From assembly GCA_951406725.2 (NCBI GenBank), contig OX597814.1:166098001-166162000 (forward strand): a DNA stretch of 64,000 nt. The letters run 5' to 3'. The position numbers and the translations under genes are program-made. Positions 37,332-49,812 of this stretch are shown piece after piece. Numbering within the stretch: the stretch's first letter is position 1; each line of letters starts with the position of its first letter. The notes beneath the pieces were generated by a model. It ran no database searches. It was given only the letters and a program-made list of their open reading frames with translations, and was not told the DNA's origin. Source of the DNA: Octopus vulgaris (Eukaryota).

Positions 37332-38134
37332 GGATCTTTTCCTTTTGAACGGCACTTTGTAACATAATTTCTAGGTCACTAAAAAGTTTTAAACTTCGTA
37401 TACTGGTAGAATGTGTTTATAAAACATCATTTTCTCTTGGTTTTATTGAGAAAATTCTATAGTTTGTAAGATATTTTGTCTAAAATTTCTAGCATTTCGG
37501 CAATTTTAACCAATCGATTACCTCCATTGAGCTAAAATCATTTGCTGCATCTAAAACTGAGACATCCTGTCACTAACCTTAAACCCCCCCTAACCCTAAC
37601 CCTAATTTTTTTTTTCTTAATTGTTAAATTAATTTAATTGTTACGTGTGTAAAAAAAACGAAAGCAATGGAAAATAATTTAAACAATTAACAAACAAAAT
37701 AATTCTATAATTTTATGCACACGCTTTCCATATGTATACAGAAAGCATGTGTTACGGAAAGTGTGTGTATAAAATTATAGAATTATTTTGTTTGTTAATT
37801 GTTTAAATTATTTTCCATTGCTTTCATTTTTTTTACACACGTAACAATTAAATTAATTTAACAATTAAGAAAAAAAAATTTAGGGTTAGGGGGAGGTTTA
37901 GGGTTAGTGACAGGATGTTATCTCAGTTTTAGATGCAGCAAATGATTTTAGCTCAATTAGAGGCGATTCATTGGTTAAAATTCGAAAAATTAAACCATGT
38001 TAAACAAACGAATTACAATTTTATCAAGAAAGCCAAGAGAAAAAATGTTTTATTTTGACACATTCTACCAGTATACGAAGTTTTAAAGTGTTTAGTTAAC
38101 TAGAAATTGTGTACCGTTCAAAAGGAAAAGATCC
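37332..38134. mobile_element. 803 bp foldback MITE with 8 bp TSD (Merlin-like)
   Basis: GGATCTTTTCC..GGAAAAGATCC termini, TSD aggagaat at 37324-37331 / 38135-38142, ~390 bp arms and internal CCCTAA/TTAGGG repeats. Confidence 0.9.
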
Positions 38135-38479
38135 AGGAGAATCTATGGAGAGGATCTATGCCAAGTAGATCCAATAGGGAAACAGCTACTGATGTTGACA
38201 GCTATATGGTCAAAGGTGCAATTAATCTTTTTGATACCAACCAATCTGAGACAGTCCTTGGTCTTATGACAAATTTTTTTGTTTAAAGTGATCTAAATGA
38301 AAATCTTCCATCAAAATTTCATGATAATTTTTGTTCTGAACACCACCTCAATTACTTAATTAAATCTTTCAAAATTTTCAAAATTAATTGAAACAAAGAC
38401 AGTGACTTCAACAGAAATATAGTAACAAAAGGCTTAAGGATATAAACACAAGGAAAGCAGCTGAACCATCAAAGAAAGC

Positions 38480-38990
38480 CACTTAGCTTATGAAAATATT
38501 TAGTGAAGTAGGACATATGTTAGTCATCCACATGGTTAATTAGCTGGTACTAGGAGATGTTATTCCCAATGGTTGATGTAGCAGTATTATCATCAATTGT
38601 GATAAAAGTAAAGGAGATGCTTTGGAAAGAAGCAACAACAGAAGTATCAAATTGAAGGCCCATGTTATGAAAGTAACAAAAACGTTAGAACACAACTAAT
38701 TAGGAAGAGCTTAGATGAGCTGTCAGTTCAAGTTTGTGTCTGGAGGGTGTACCACTGATGCCTTCTTTTTGGTGAGACCACCGTAGAAACTATGAGCCAA
38801 AGCTCTTCTTCAGTGACATGAAGAAGGCCTTTGAAGGGTACCGCATTAAGGTTTCTGGTAGTTGCTAAAAAAACTAGGTGGAGATGAATGGCTTTCAAAT
38901 GTCATGCAAGCCATGTGCTGAAATGCTGTAAGTAGGTAGAAATCAGCAATGAGATCAGTGATAAATTTAACATACACTTCAGTATATACA
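38480..38990 (+). mobile_element. Decayed RTE LINE RT fragment
   Basis: Reads ..IPNG..SIIINCDKSKGDALERSN.RSIKL..HVMKV, the RTE RT N-terminal pattern. Confidence 0.65.
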
Positions 38991-39962
38991 TCAGTATTCA
39001 ATGATGGAAACCAATTTCAAGAGAATGAATTTCTTCAAGGAAATGAAAAAGATCAGCCTCAAGCTCCCATCCAATACGTTTAAACTGGGAATTAAAAATA
39101 ATGGTGATTATCTATTCTTTTTATTGGTGGCACGTAAAAAGCACCCACTACACTCACGGAGTGGTTGGCGTTAGGAAGGGCATCCAGCCGTAGAAACACT
39201 GCCAGATTTGACTGGGCCTGATGAAGCCTTCTGGCTTCACAGACCCCAGTAGAACCGTCCAACCCATGCTAGCATGGAAAACGGACGCTAAACGATGATG
39301 ATGATGATGATGATGATTATCACTGTTGCATTGCTGAATACTGTGTATAAGGATCTGCTTAAGCTACACTTTAGGCCTTCCATTAATTGTCGTTTGACAT
39401 CATAGGTTAAAAAAAGTTATTTGATAAAATTTAGAATATGATGAAATTGTTGCAAGTAAGTAGGCAACTATCTCATCTTTACCTTTGTCTTATGATCCCT
39501 TTACAGTTAACAAATATTTGGACAATAAATTAAAAGATGACTTTGCTAGGAATGTAACACATGTGAATCTAGTGACTCCCTTTTAGTGACATAATATTAC
39601 TAATAAACTAATACAATTATACAATCATTCATTCATGGAAAAGTGACTTCAAAGAAGAGGAAACTACCAGCACAAAAGTATGCGGGTGAAATTTGTGCAC
39701 CTCTGCTCTCATACAACTATTATAAATAGAGAAGCTGAGGTAGTACTCTAGTTAAAAGTGTGATGGAAGGATGGATGTCAGGAAGATGGGTTCAGAAAAC
39801 AAAACAAAGCAGGGAAGCACTTGGTACCTGTATCTATGTGTCCTGTTTTGGGCATCTTGTAATAGAATTTGAGTTTCAAGAATTCTTAAAACTGGAAATG
39901 ATGACTTTTGAAGAAGATAAGCTATACTGTGCAGATGTTGGGTACAAACCGTTACATTAAAT

Positions 39963-40080
39963 TGACGACGATGGCAGCGGCGACGACGACGATGGCAGCG
40001 GCGACGACGATGATGGCAGCGGCGACGACGACGATGGCAGCGGCGATGACGGTTTTGGTGATGGTGGTGGCAGCGATGAG
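39963..40080. repeat. GC-rich minisatellite (gacgatggcagcggcgac-type units)
   Basis: Direct tandem units of about 21-24 bp. Confidence 0.85.
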
Positions 40081-40757
40081 TGAATTTATATTGGTCTTTT
40101 AGATAATTTTGTAACAAGTAATTTATTTATAGAAGACATTTGCAATATGGTATTTTTGTTAGTATTAAAGCAGATGCAAAACAAATCTCTCCTTTGCAAG
40201 AATGCTAGACCATCACATGTAACTTTTACTTGTAAATTCTGATACTGTTGAACCTAACAGTGCTTATGCATAATATCAAACTAGAGTGACTTATGACTGA
40301 TTTTTTAGTTATAGCATCTGTCAACTAAATAATTAAAAGAATGAATATGAACTAAATAGTTAGTTAATTAGTGTTAAAGATATGCGGATGTTAAATATCT
40401 CATCCAGCAATTTTGTTTTTATTTCCTTTTTTTTTTTATAACAGTCTGGATTTTATATGCAACCACTACAGCCAAAGTTGGATATTGATTTCTCTCAATT
40501 TGGCTAAAGTCCACAAATTTGTAGAGAAGCTGTATAGTTGATTAAAATGATTCCAACCTTTACTTGTTGTTTATTTTATCAATGTCAGAGGGATCAAAGA
40601 GGCAAGACTAAATACTGCAAAGCATTTATTTTGGCATCTGTATCTACCACTCCCCAATCTCCAGAAATGCGGTATATGAAAATAATGTTTAAAAATCAAA
40701 TGCGCAAATCTATATGTTGCTATATTGCTATTCAAGTAATGGGATAAGTGAAATAGT

Positions 40758-41166
40758 TCTTTTACTCTTTACTCTTTTACTATTTTACTTGTTTCAGTCA
40801 TTTGACTGTGGCCATGCTGGAACACTGCCTTTAGTCGAGCAAATCGACCCCAGGACTTATTCTTTGTAAGCCTAGTACTTATTCTATCAGTCTCTTTTGC
40901 CGAACTGCTAAGTTACGGGGATGCAAACACACCAGCATCGGTTGTCAAGCGATGTTGGGGGGACAAACAGACACACGAACACACACACACACACACATAT
41001 ATATGACGGGCTTCTTTCAGTTTCCGTCTACCAAATCCACTCACAAGACTTTGGTCGGCCCGAGGTTATAGTAGAAGACACTTGCCCAAGGTGTCACGCA
41101 GTGGGACTGAACCCAGAACCATGTGGTTAGCAAGCAAGCTACTTACCACACAGCCACTCCTGCGCC
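40758..41166 (-). mobile_element. SINE family B, well-preserved full copy
   Basis: Head ggcgcaggagtggctgtgtggtaag on minus, tail (aagagta)n. Confidence 0.9.
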
Positions 41167-42083
41167 TATTTAAGTATTTTAACAATAAACTGCATTAACA
41201 TTTGTACTACTATCTCAGTGTTGGTGCAGTATAGCTGAATTGCTAAGAAGTTTACTTAACAAGCAGTTTCAGTCCCACTGTCTGGCATCTTGGGTGAATG
41301 TCAAATTCCATAGCACTGGGTTGATTCAAACATTGTGAGTGGAATTTGACAGACAGAAACTGTAAAGAATCCCATAGGGTGAATTGTACCTGCAATTCAA
41401 AAAGATCAGCCTTTAACACACATTGTACCACACTGATTCTGCCTGAGAATTACATCAAGGGTGCACATGCCTGTGGGATGCTCAACTTCTTACATGTTAA
41501 TGTCAGGAGCAAGTAATTCAATTGACTGAACAACTTGATCTTCATCACTGAACCGTGAAGATTCCCCACTATCTCAGATATTAAGATTTTCTGACTGAAT
41601 TCTATGAACATAACTGATTACTTTAGCTCTGACTCAGTTATTTATAATTCATCATTATCATGTACGATACTCGTCTTACCTTAGTTCTGAATTCTTCAAC
41701 TGCAATGTAGTGGAAGTGTTTGTCTTGGAGGAAAGGATATTATGAGCAGTCTCTCATATCCTTCTCATAACACAGTGCAGGCAATTCTGAAAGAGACAGA
41801 GAGAGAGAGAGAGAGGAATGGGTGAATTGACCCCAATATTTGCAATATTTAGTCAGCTCATTATCTTTTGAGTTCATTTCCTGCAGAAGTTAACTTTGCC
41901 TTTTACTCCTTTGGGGCCAATAAAATAAAGTACTTATCAAGCACTGGGATTTAATTGACTAATTGACTAGTCAGGAATCAGCTAATTGACTAATCAGTGG
42001 TTGACTCATTGACTAATCAGTGATCCTCAATCAGTGATTAATTTAATTGACTAATCAGTGATCTTTCAATATTAGTAGACGAC

Positions 42084-42265
42084 AAGGCAGACAGCTGGCA
42101 GAAACGTTAGCACACCAGGTGAAATGCTTAGTGGTATTTTGTCTGTCTTTATGTTCTGAGTTCAAATTCCACCGAGGCCAACTTTGTCTTTCATCCTTCC
42201 AGGATCAACCAGTTGCATACTGGGATTGATCTAATTTCTGGCCTTGTGCCTAGAGTAGAAAAGAG
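42084..42265 (+). mobile_element. SINE family A with 15 bp TSD
   Basis: tattagtaga(c/t)gaca at 42070-42084 and 42266-42280. Confidence 0.85.
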
Positions 42266-44531
42266 TATTAGTAGATGACATTCACTCACATAACATCTCT
42301 TTGTGACATAGATATAGAGGCTAGGCTGAAAAACAAGGTAAATGATTTTGTCTAGTAATACTGAAAGATTGCCTACTAACTTCCTTTCTACCTTTTAGGC
42401 CTTGTGCCTATGTTAGAAGCAACTATTAAGTGTGGTGAACTGACTGAATTATTGAAGCATCAGATAAAATGCCTTGTGTTATTTGTTCTAATTTTTTTAC
42501 TTTTTGAGTCCAAATCCTGCTGGGTCAACTTTATCTTTTACCCTTTCAAGGCTGTTAAAATAAAGTTCCAATTAAATACTGGGGTGAATGCGATCAACTA
42601 ATCCCTCCCCACAAGGAAGCTAAACAACTATTGTGCCACTCTGTTGGGTCTGATGCATGTTTGCTTGCTGTTGTCTGCTTGGCTGAGAACAAGTGCAACC
42701 TTCATTTCATAGTTGAATAGTTAACTTCTATTGGTAAAAATACTACATTTGTGACAATTCATGAAAACATAGCTACCCACAAAAACTATTGTGAAAAAAT
42801 ACCCAACAGCACCAAAGATTGGTGACTTAAGATTGTAAAATGTACTTATCACCTACCAATATTGACATTTCAAACTGAATGCCAAGCATTCTTGTCTTTA
42901 TGATTCTAACCAATGTTAATATCAATTAATTATGCTCTTATCTTTATGGAGCAGAATTTTTCTTTATTATTATTGTTGTTGTTGTTTTTGTTATTATCTT
43001 TATTCAAATTCAAATGTTAACTTTAAAAATTTGTGAATGTATAGTGGGGATACTTAAGCTTTAAATGCATCTAATGATATAAGTTGACATTAAGTAGATG
43101 ATCCAATAGTTCAGTGCTTACAGCATGTGATTATATAATGAACGCCTTGAAATAAATACCAATTATATAATTTATTCCTTCAAAATAACCCTGGTTGTAT
43201 AATCATTATAAGAAACACGCCAGTTAGAATTACCTAGAAAAAATGAGTCATCATCATTTGATTATTAAAAATTTTTTATATTACTCACTTCACCATATTT
43301 TTTTCAGTAATTTCTTTCAGTAGTTTCTTTTAATAAACTTGCTACTGTAACATAACTATAGAACATCTATTGCAGCATGGAAGACAACAGACATGCAAAA
43401 CCATGCAAAGACTGTTAACTTCACTTGCACATTTATTATTTTTAAGCAGAGTTAACAGTTTTCGTGTTTATAAATGGCTAATGCATATCTTCCACACTGC
43501 AATTGTTTTACTTTTAACACATGGTCTCAGATCAAATCACTTGTCTCCCATGTACATCTCTAAAATATGATAAATTTGTCTTTATAAATCTAGAAAAGAA
43601 AGCCTCTGACACAGCTAAAGAATATCAAAAATGTAGATAAATCATCAATCAATCAATCAATCAGAAATCAACTTTATGCATGAGAAAAAGCTATAAGAAA
43701 GATCTTCATTAAGTGGGTATAGAAGCAGAAAAGACAGACAAATAATAACAGGTGTAAGAAATGTATTTATATGAAAAGCTTCATATCCAATTTCATCATC
43801 ATCATTATCATCTTTTAATGTCTGCCTTCCATGGGTGGGACAAATTTGTATGATATAATTAAGTCTTATCTTTACAGCTGCTTCAGATAATTGCTGACTG
43901 GTTGCTATAACCATGCATATTAATGCTATGAAGTTCAATACTGAATTAATATTGTGAGTGTAATAGCTAGCATGGATTTTTTTTTATAGAACCATGAGAA
44001 AAATAAGAAATTCTATGATATTAGAGTTCCAATTAATTATTTCTATACGATAGAGTAATTACTCTTTCTTTCACCATGTCATGGGGTGACTTGAAATATA
44101 CTGTATTTGATGGCGTATAAGATGCATGGGTATATATGATGCACCCCTATTTCAACAGGTAATATTCAGGAATAAAATGATTTAAGTGTGAGCATTTAAT
44201 GTTGATTGAAATGTGTATTGCATATAAAAAAGATTGAACAACCTGTTCAGCTAGGACAGTAGGAAAATCACCACCACCACCACCACCACCATCATAATGA
44301 TAATAATAATAATAATAATAATGGTTTCAAATTTTGCCACAAGGGCAAACCACAACACACATAAATCAGAGTTGGGCCCTTAGACCTTATGGGGACCATA
44401 AATAACTGCTCAGTGGTCGATGCCTTAAAATGACATTTTAATGATATTGCCTACAATGTCATTCTAAGACATGAAAATCTCTTAGCTACAAGATATTGGC
44501 ATGATTAATTCAAGACAACATAAATAAACTA

Positions 44532-44750
44532 GGTGCAGGAGTGGCTGTGTGGTAAGTAGCTTGCTTACCAACCATATGGTTCTGGGTTCATTCCCACTGC
44601 GTGGCACCTTGGGCAAGTGTCTTCTACTATTGCCTCAGGCTGACCAAAGCCTTGTGAGTGGATTTAGTAGACGGAAACTGAAAGAAGCCCGTTGTATATA
44701 TATATATATATATATATATTTGTGTGTGTGTTTGTGTGTCTGTGTTTGTC
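44532..44750 (+). mobile_element. SINE family B 5' half
   Basis: Pol III A/B-box-like head and CORE-like segment, truncated after the internal microsatellite. Confidence 0.85.
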
Positions 44751-45771
44751 AAACTCAACTGGACGGCCAGAATGAGGTGCATGTTTGAGGTCAAAATTTC
44801 CATTTTTGAACTTGGCATACCACTTTGATTGAAATATCTGGAGCAAAAACAGCAGTGAAATCATCATCATCATTATCATTTAGTGTCTGTTTATCATGCT
44901 GGCATGGGTTAGACTGTTTGACTGGAACTGATAAGCCAAAGAGCTGTACCAGGTTCCAGTCTGATTTGGCTTGGTTTTAGGGCTGGATGCCTTTCCTAAC
45001 ACCAACTACTCCAAGAATGTAGTGGGTGCTTTTTACATGTCACTGGCACAGGCCATGACTATGATTTCACTTGACTTGATGGGTGTTCTCAAGCACAGCA
45101 AATTGCCAAAGGTCATGATCATTTGTTATCATCTCTGTGAGATCCAACATTCAAAGATCATGTTTCACCACCATGTCCCATGTCTTCCTGGTCTACTGCT
45201 TCCACAGGTTCCTTCCACAGTTAAAGCATATCTTAAAATTGTACTGCTCTATAATAGTGTCAAATTTTGGTACAAGACCAGCAGTTTTATAGGGTGTGGG
45301 TTAATTGATTACATCAATCCCAATGCTCAACTGATGATTATTTTATTACTCCTGAAAGGCTGAGAGGCAAAGCTGACATCAGTGGAATTTGAACTCAGAA
45401 TGTAAAGAGCTGGAAGAAATGCTACTAAGTATTTTTTCCAATGCTCTAACGATTCTGCTAATAGAGAGCAATAGTAGAAAATTTTTGCAGACATGAATAA
45501 AATGAATGATCTGTTGCTGGGAAATTCTGGTATATAAAGAAGGAAGTTGGTTGTTAATAACATCATGAAATGAGAACATTAAGTAAGGACATGGCTTGAA
45601 ATAGTATCAGTTGGGGGAAAGGGGAACATTCAGGAATTAGGTTATTTGGACTGGCCTAACAGCATTATAGACTAACAGAGGAAATGACCAAGGAAAGAAG
45701 CAAATGGAACTGCGTTATTTTGGAGAACCACCTAGAATATGTCAAGAGGATGTTGAGGTGAGTGTGCATGG

Positions 45772-45806
<35 letters not shown>

Positions 45807-46125
45807 TAACATTTTATTTATAATTCTTCTGATATTATGTTGAGAGGAAGTGAATTTTATTTACTACACTCTCTATATGTTCAAATGGCTTCAGAGAAGT
45901 GATGCAGAAACTGAAGATGCTAAATTAAATTTCAAGTAATATTTGCTCTTCATTTATCTCATAATAATGCAGCCTATTGTAAAGTCTCAAAACATTTTTG
46001 GTGAAGCTGATCACTGGCACAATCCTCTTATAGTTTACCAGATCTCAGAAATGCAACAAAACTTTTTGACACTTCAAACATAAATGCAATGAAACATAAC
46101 AATCTATGTATTATCTTAAATATCT

Positions 46126-47078
46126 TGTAGCGTATCTGATATCCTTACTGTTTGCGAGACACAATAATAATCTCGTTTGAGATTACAACCAGCTTTGGCT
46201 AGTTTGACCCTGTTGTGTCCACTGCTCTGATCGGTAGGCATCTAGTGCGGTCTGTCTCTCTACTTATTTCGTGCCAGTGTGTAAGCCAACCAATCATGGC
46301 CTTTAGATAAGGTCTCGTGACACTGTGTTTCAGATGCCCTTTTTTGAGCCATTTTAACCCTTTAAATAGGCCAGTTTTCACTATTCTCTGTCTTTTGGCT
46401 TCAGACCTTTTAAGGTCTAGTCACTGACCACAGAGCTACTCAGCTGTGTTCCAGTTCCAGTGACAGACAACCAGCCAGCCAACCATGCTACTGCCCCAGC
46501 TATGAAGACGCTATTGTACACCCGCTATGCAGGATGATCTCCATCTCCTCCACCGTCATCACCATCGTCGTACTTCAACTTTACGTCGTCTCCACCATCG
46601 TCAACAGCATGTACACATCAACCTCGACCAGGTTTAACTCCATGCAGTTTGTGTGAATATTTCACCAAGAAAAACAGTCTACCTGAAAGAACTATCTGTA
46701 TCAAGAGACTTGTGCAAAGCATTGAGGCCACAACTTCTACACGTGTAGTAACCAGCCTCTGCCAACTGACAGCCAACATCTTGTTATAGAACTTGCTATC
46801 GTGTATCTCACGCATGAACTGGTAAACTAATTCCATTTTTACTCGATATGCTGAGACAACACTACACTAGCACTCACAACACTTTCACTTTGTACACTGT
46901 GTAAATAAAGTCTTCTTCTCTCTCAAACAGTAGAATGGCTTGTCGTCCTTCATTATACAATTTGGTACTGTATTTTATATCATGTATTTGGCTTCTTATT
47001 TTGTTAGGGACGACCGTGCAGCATACAAAAGGAGACATTTGTCACCAACTCCTTACATACGGTCGTATAATCTCTACA
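46126..47078 (+). mobile_element. Solo LTR (953 bp), Gypsy-like
   Basis: TGTAG..CTACA termini, 4 bp TSD atct at 46122-46125 / 47079-47082, AATAAA near 46904. Confidence 0.8.
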
Positions 47079-47474
47079 ATCTAATATGACTCTTCAATGA
47101 TGCAATTGTTCCAGTTTCAGCACAGTTTCATAGCAAGTTGCTAAATAAGTACAGCTCTGAAATAATTAGTCAATGTTGTTGTTATAACATTGCAGGTCTG
47201 TTATTGAAGACATTCCTGTTATGATCATACCATCATATTTAAATAGTGTAACCAACACTTTTCAAGTTCAGTCCCACAGCAATGTGGCACCTTGAGCAAG
47301 TGTCTTCTGCTATAGTTCTGGACTGACAAATGCCTTGTGAGTAAATTTGGTCGATGGAAATTGTGTGGAAGCCTGTCAAACCCTCACACATACACACACA
47401 CATATATGTATATGATATATATATATGTATGTATGTATATAATATACATACATACATACATACATACATACACA

Positions 47475-47507
<33 letters not shown>

Positions 47508-47831
47508 ATAACTACGAAAAAACTTACTTGCAAAAGGATGTGTGGTGTTTGATCATATAATAATATAAATAATATATAAATATATGCATATATACATACA
47601 TATATGTACATACCTACATATATATGTATATATACATGCATATATGGGTACAGGACATAAAAAAAAACGTTGAACACAATGAGAAACGAAAACATAAAAA
47701 CATTCTCATAGAAACAAACTTTTTTCAAACAACGAAAAGAAACAGAGAAATGCGTGTATATATACATATATATGTGAGTATGTACATATATGTATGTATA
47801 TATGCATATATTTATATTATTATATATATAA

Positions 47832-48423
47832 CTAGCCTTGAAGCCGCCCTTCAGGCAGCATTCAAAGTAGCCTCTACAGAGAGCATGTTTGAGACCTTTG
47901 GCCACTAACTACAAAATATATATAGCCACACTACTATACCTGAAATGTATCTGTTGTAACTCTTTATCTCAATTTGAATGTACTTGAAGGTATTTAGAAT
48001 GCCCAAGTTTATTTCTGCAAATGTGCTAAGCACTGATGCTGATCATAGTTTAATCAATAAATGTAGGAATGAGGTAAATGCAGTAAAAATGGTCGGTGGG
48101 GGGAGTAGGGCCCCATTTAAGCTGCCCTTTAGAAACTGAACCTCCTTACGATACTCTCTGGGAGTTCATGGTATGAAATTCATTGTCATTGCTCCGATTT
48201 GGTCACCAATGCCATGTATTTAGTTTAAAATGCAGTAAAAATGGTGTGTGTGTGTGTGTCGGGTGGGGTGGGGGGTAACCCTTAAAAAAATATACCCCTT
48301 TAGGTCATTCCCTGGGATTAGGGGAGTTACTGGTTTGAATTTCATTGTCCTTGCACCAACGGTCTAGGAGGAGTTAACAAACAAAAACTTAACAGAGAAA
48401 CATCACTCAAATTTATAATAGGA
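47832..48423 (-). mobile_element. Non-autonomous Helitron
   Basis: Minus 5' TCctattataaa. 3' hairpin (ttgaagccgccc..ggcagcattcaa) plus CTAG|T. Sits between TA tracts. Confidence 0.65.
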
Positions 48424-49102
48424 TATATATATATAATAATAACAATAATCCTTGGATGGAATTTATAAACATTTAATGCATCACTATGCATGTTTCCACA
48501 AATCACATGCCTCTGAAGATCACAGTCCCTATCTTTGGGATGATTACAGTGTAGTCCGTAGTATCCATAGGTATTGCATTGATCATCTTCATGTATTCAT
48601 TTCTTCAGGTGATATAACATTAACGGATGCTTACCAGAGGAATGTTTATCCCTTTTGACTTGTGCAAAGATTGGTTGAGTTATATATATATATATCATCA
48701 TCATTTAACATCTGCCTTTCATGCTGGCATGGGTGGGATGGTTTGACAAAAGTCAGCTAGGCAGAAGCCTGCACCAAACTTCTGTAACTGTTTTGGTAGG
48801 ATTTTTACAGCTGGATGCACTTCACAAACTGCTGTTGCCACTGTCAATGCAAAAGCCACCGAGACTGCTGAACAATGGGCAGTCTGTAATTCACAGAATG
48901 CTGCTGCCACTGGCAATGCAAGTGCCTCTGAGACTGCGGAACAAGGGCAGTCCGCAATTCACAAACTGCTGCTGTCACTACTCCTACATGATCTGCTGAA
49001 ACTCCTCTACAGAGATGTGGTAGGCTACAGGGGAATACTATGGGTTCTCATTCCTAAGGTATTTTTCATCGTCGTCGTCATCATCATCGTCATCATCGTT
49101 CA

Positions 49103-49175
49103 GGTCACTGCCTGGAATCAAACACGGACTCTTGTGGTTAGTAGCCTATGCTCTTAACCACTATGCCATATACCC
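49103..49175 (-). ncRNA. tRNA-like module (not a functional tRNA)
   Basis: Minus: A box TGGCATAGTGG, decayed B box GTTTGATTCC, about 73 nt, imperfect acceptor stem, followed by (GAT/GAC)n. Confidence 0.65.
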
Positions 49176-49213
49176 ATGGGCAATTATGGAGTGAATTTTT
49201 AGGGCTAATAAAT

Positions 49214-49375
49214 CTAATATTTTCCTATCCTCTTTAATACCAGTTTCCATATGCCATTCATATCTGCACTCAACCTGCTTAGGAGATTGTTGTGTCCTAG
49301 CATATGTGCTGCTTCTTTTAGTTTCTGTATTTTCCAGTGGTGTTCTCTGTCTATTATTTTAACTTCATCCCACAG
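49214..49375 (-). mobile_element. Penelope-like GIY-YIG endonuclease C-terminus
   Basis: WDEVKIIDREHHWKIQKLKEAAHM..NLL..IW matches the PLE WD.VKILDRE..W..RK.KEA.H motif. Confidence 0.8.
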
Positions 49376-49664
49376 TTCATATAAGTGATATCTACCATTA
49401 TATATAATTTGAACATTGATTTTCTTCTTACATTTCACTTCCACTAGATATATCTTTTTGATTTAATTCAAATATCACTCTATATTTCCCCTTTATTAGT
49501 TTTCTGCTTATTTCTTTCCTTTACCCCTCCCCTTTCTATAGGCTGCCTTTGACGTTATAAATTCTCTAACGGTTTTTTAATAAAACTTAATAGCATTCTG
49601 TTCATAATTATACACATCCATCACATTCTGTTAAAATGTCTTATTGATGAGTTTGGTTTCTTTC

Positions 49665-49763
49665 TTTCTTTTCCCGATGAGAAGATTACATTGTTTTACA
49701 CCATTTATTTCTTTGGAATAATACCAATGTTGTCTTCGAAATATATGTTGGAAGTAAAAGAAT
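49665..49763 (+). ncRNA. Degenerate type I hammerhead-like motif
   Basis: ttttc CCGATGA gaagattacattg..caatgttgtcttc GAAA tatatg TT ggaag. Stem II pairs 12 of 13 bp. U4 is absent. Confidence 0.6.
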
Positions 49764-49812
49764 TTGAATAACGCCTGCGTTTAACCGCATTAACAAAATA
49801 TATGTTGTACAG

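Noticed and set aside
39752-40117. Arg/His/Cys-rich protamine-like ORF
   Set aside because: It is the translation of a minisatellite.
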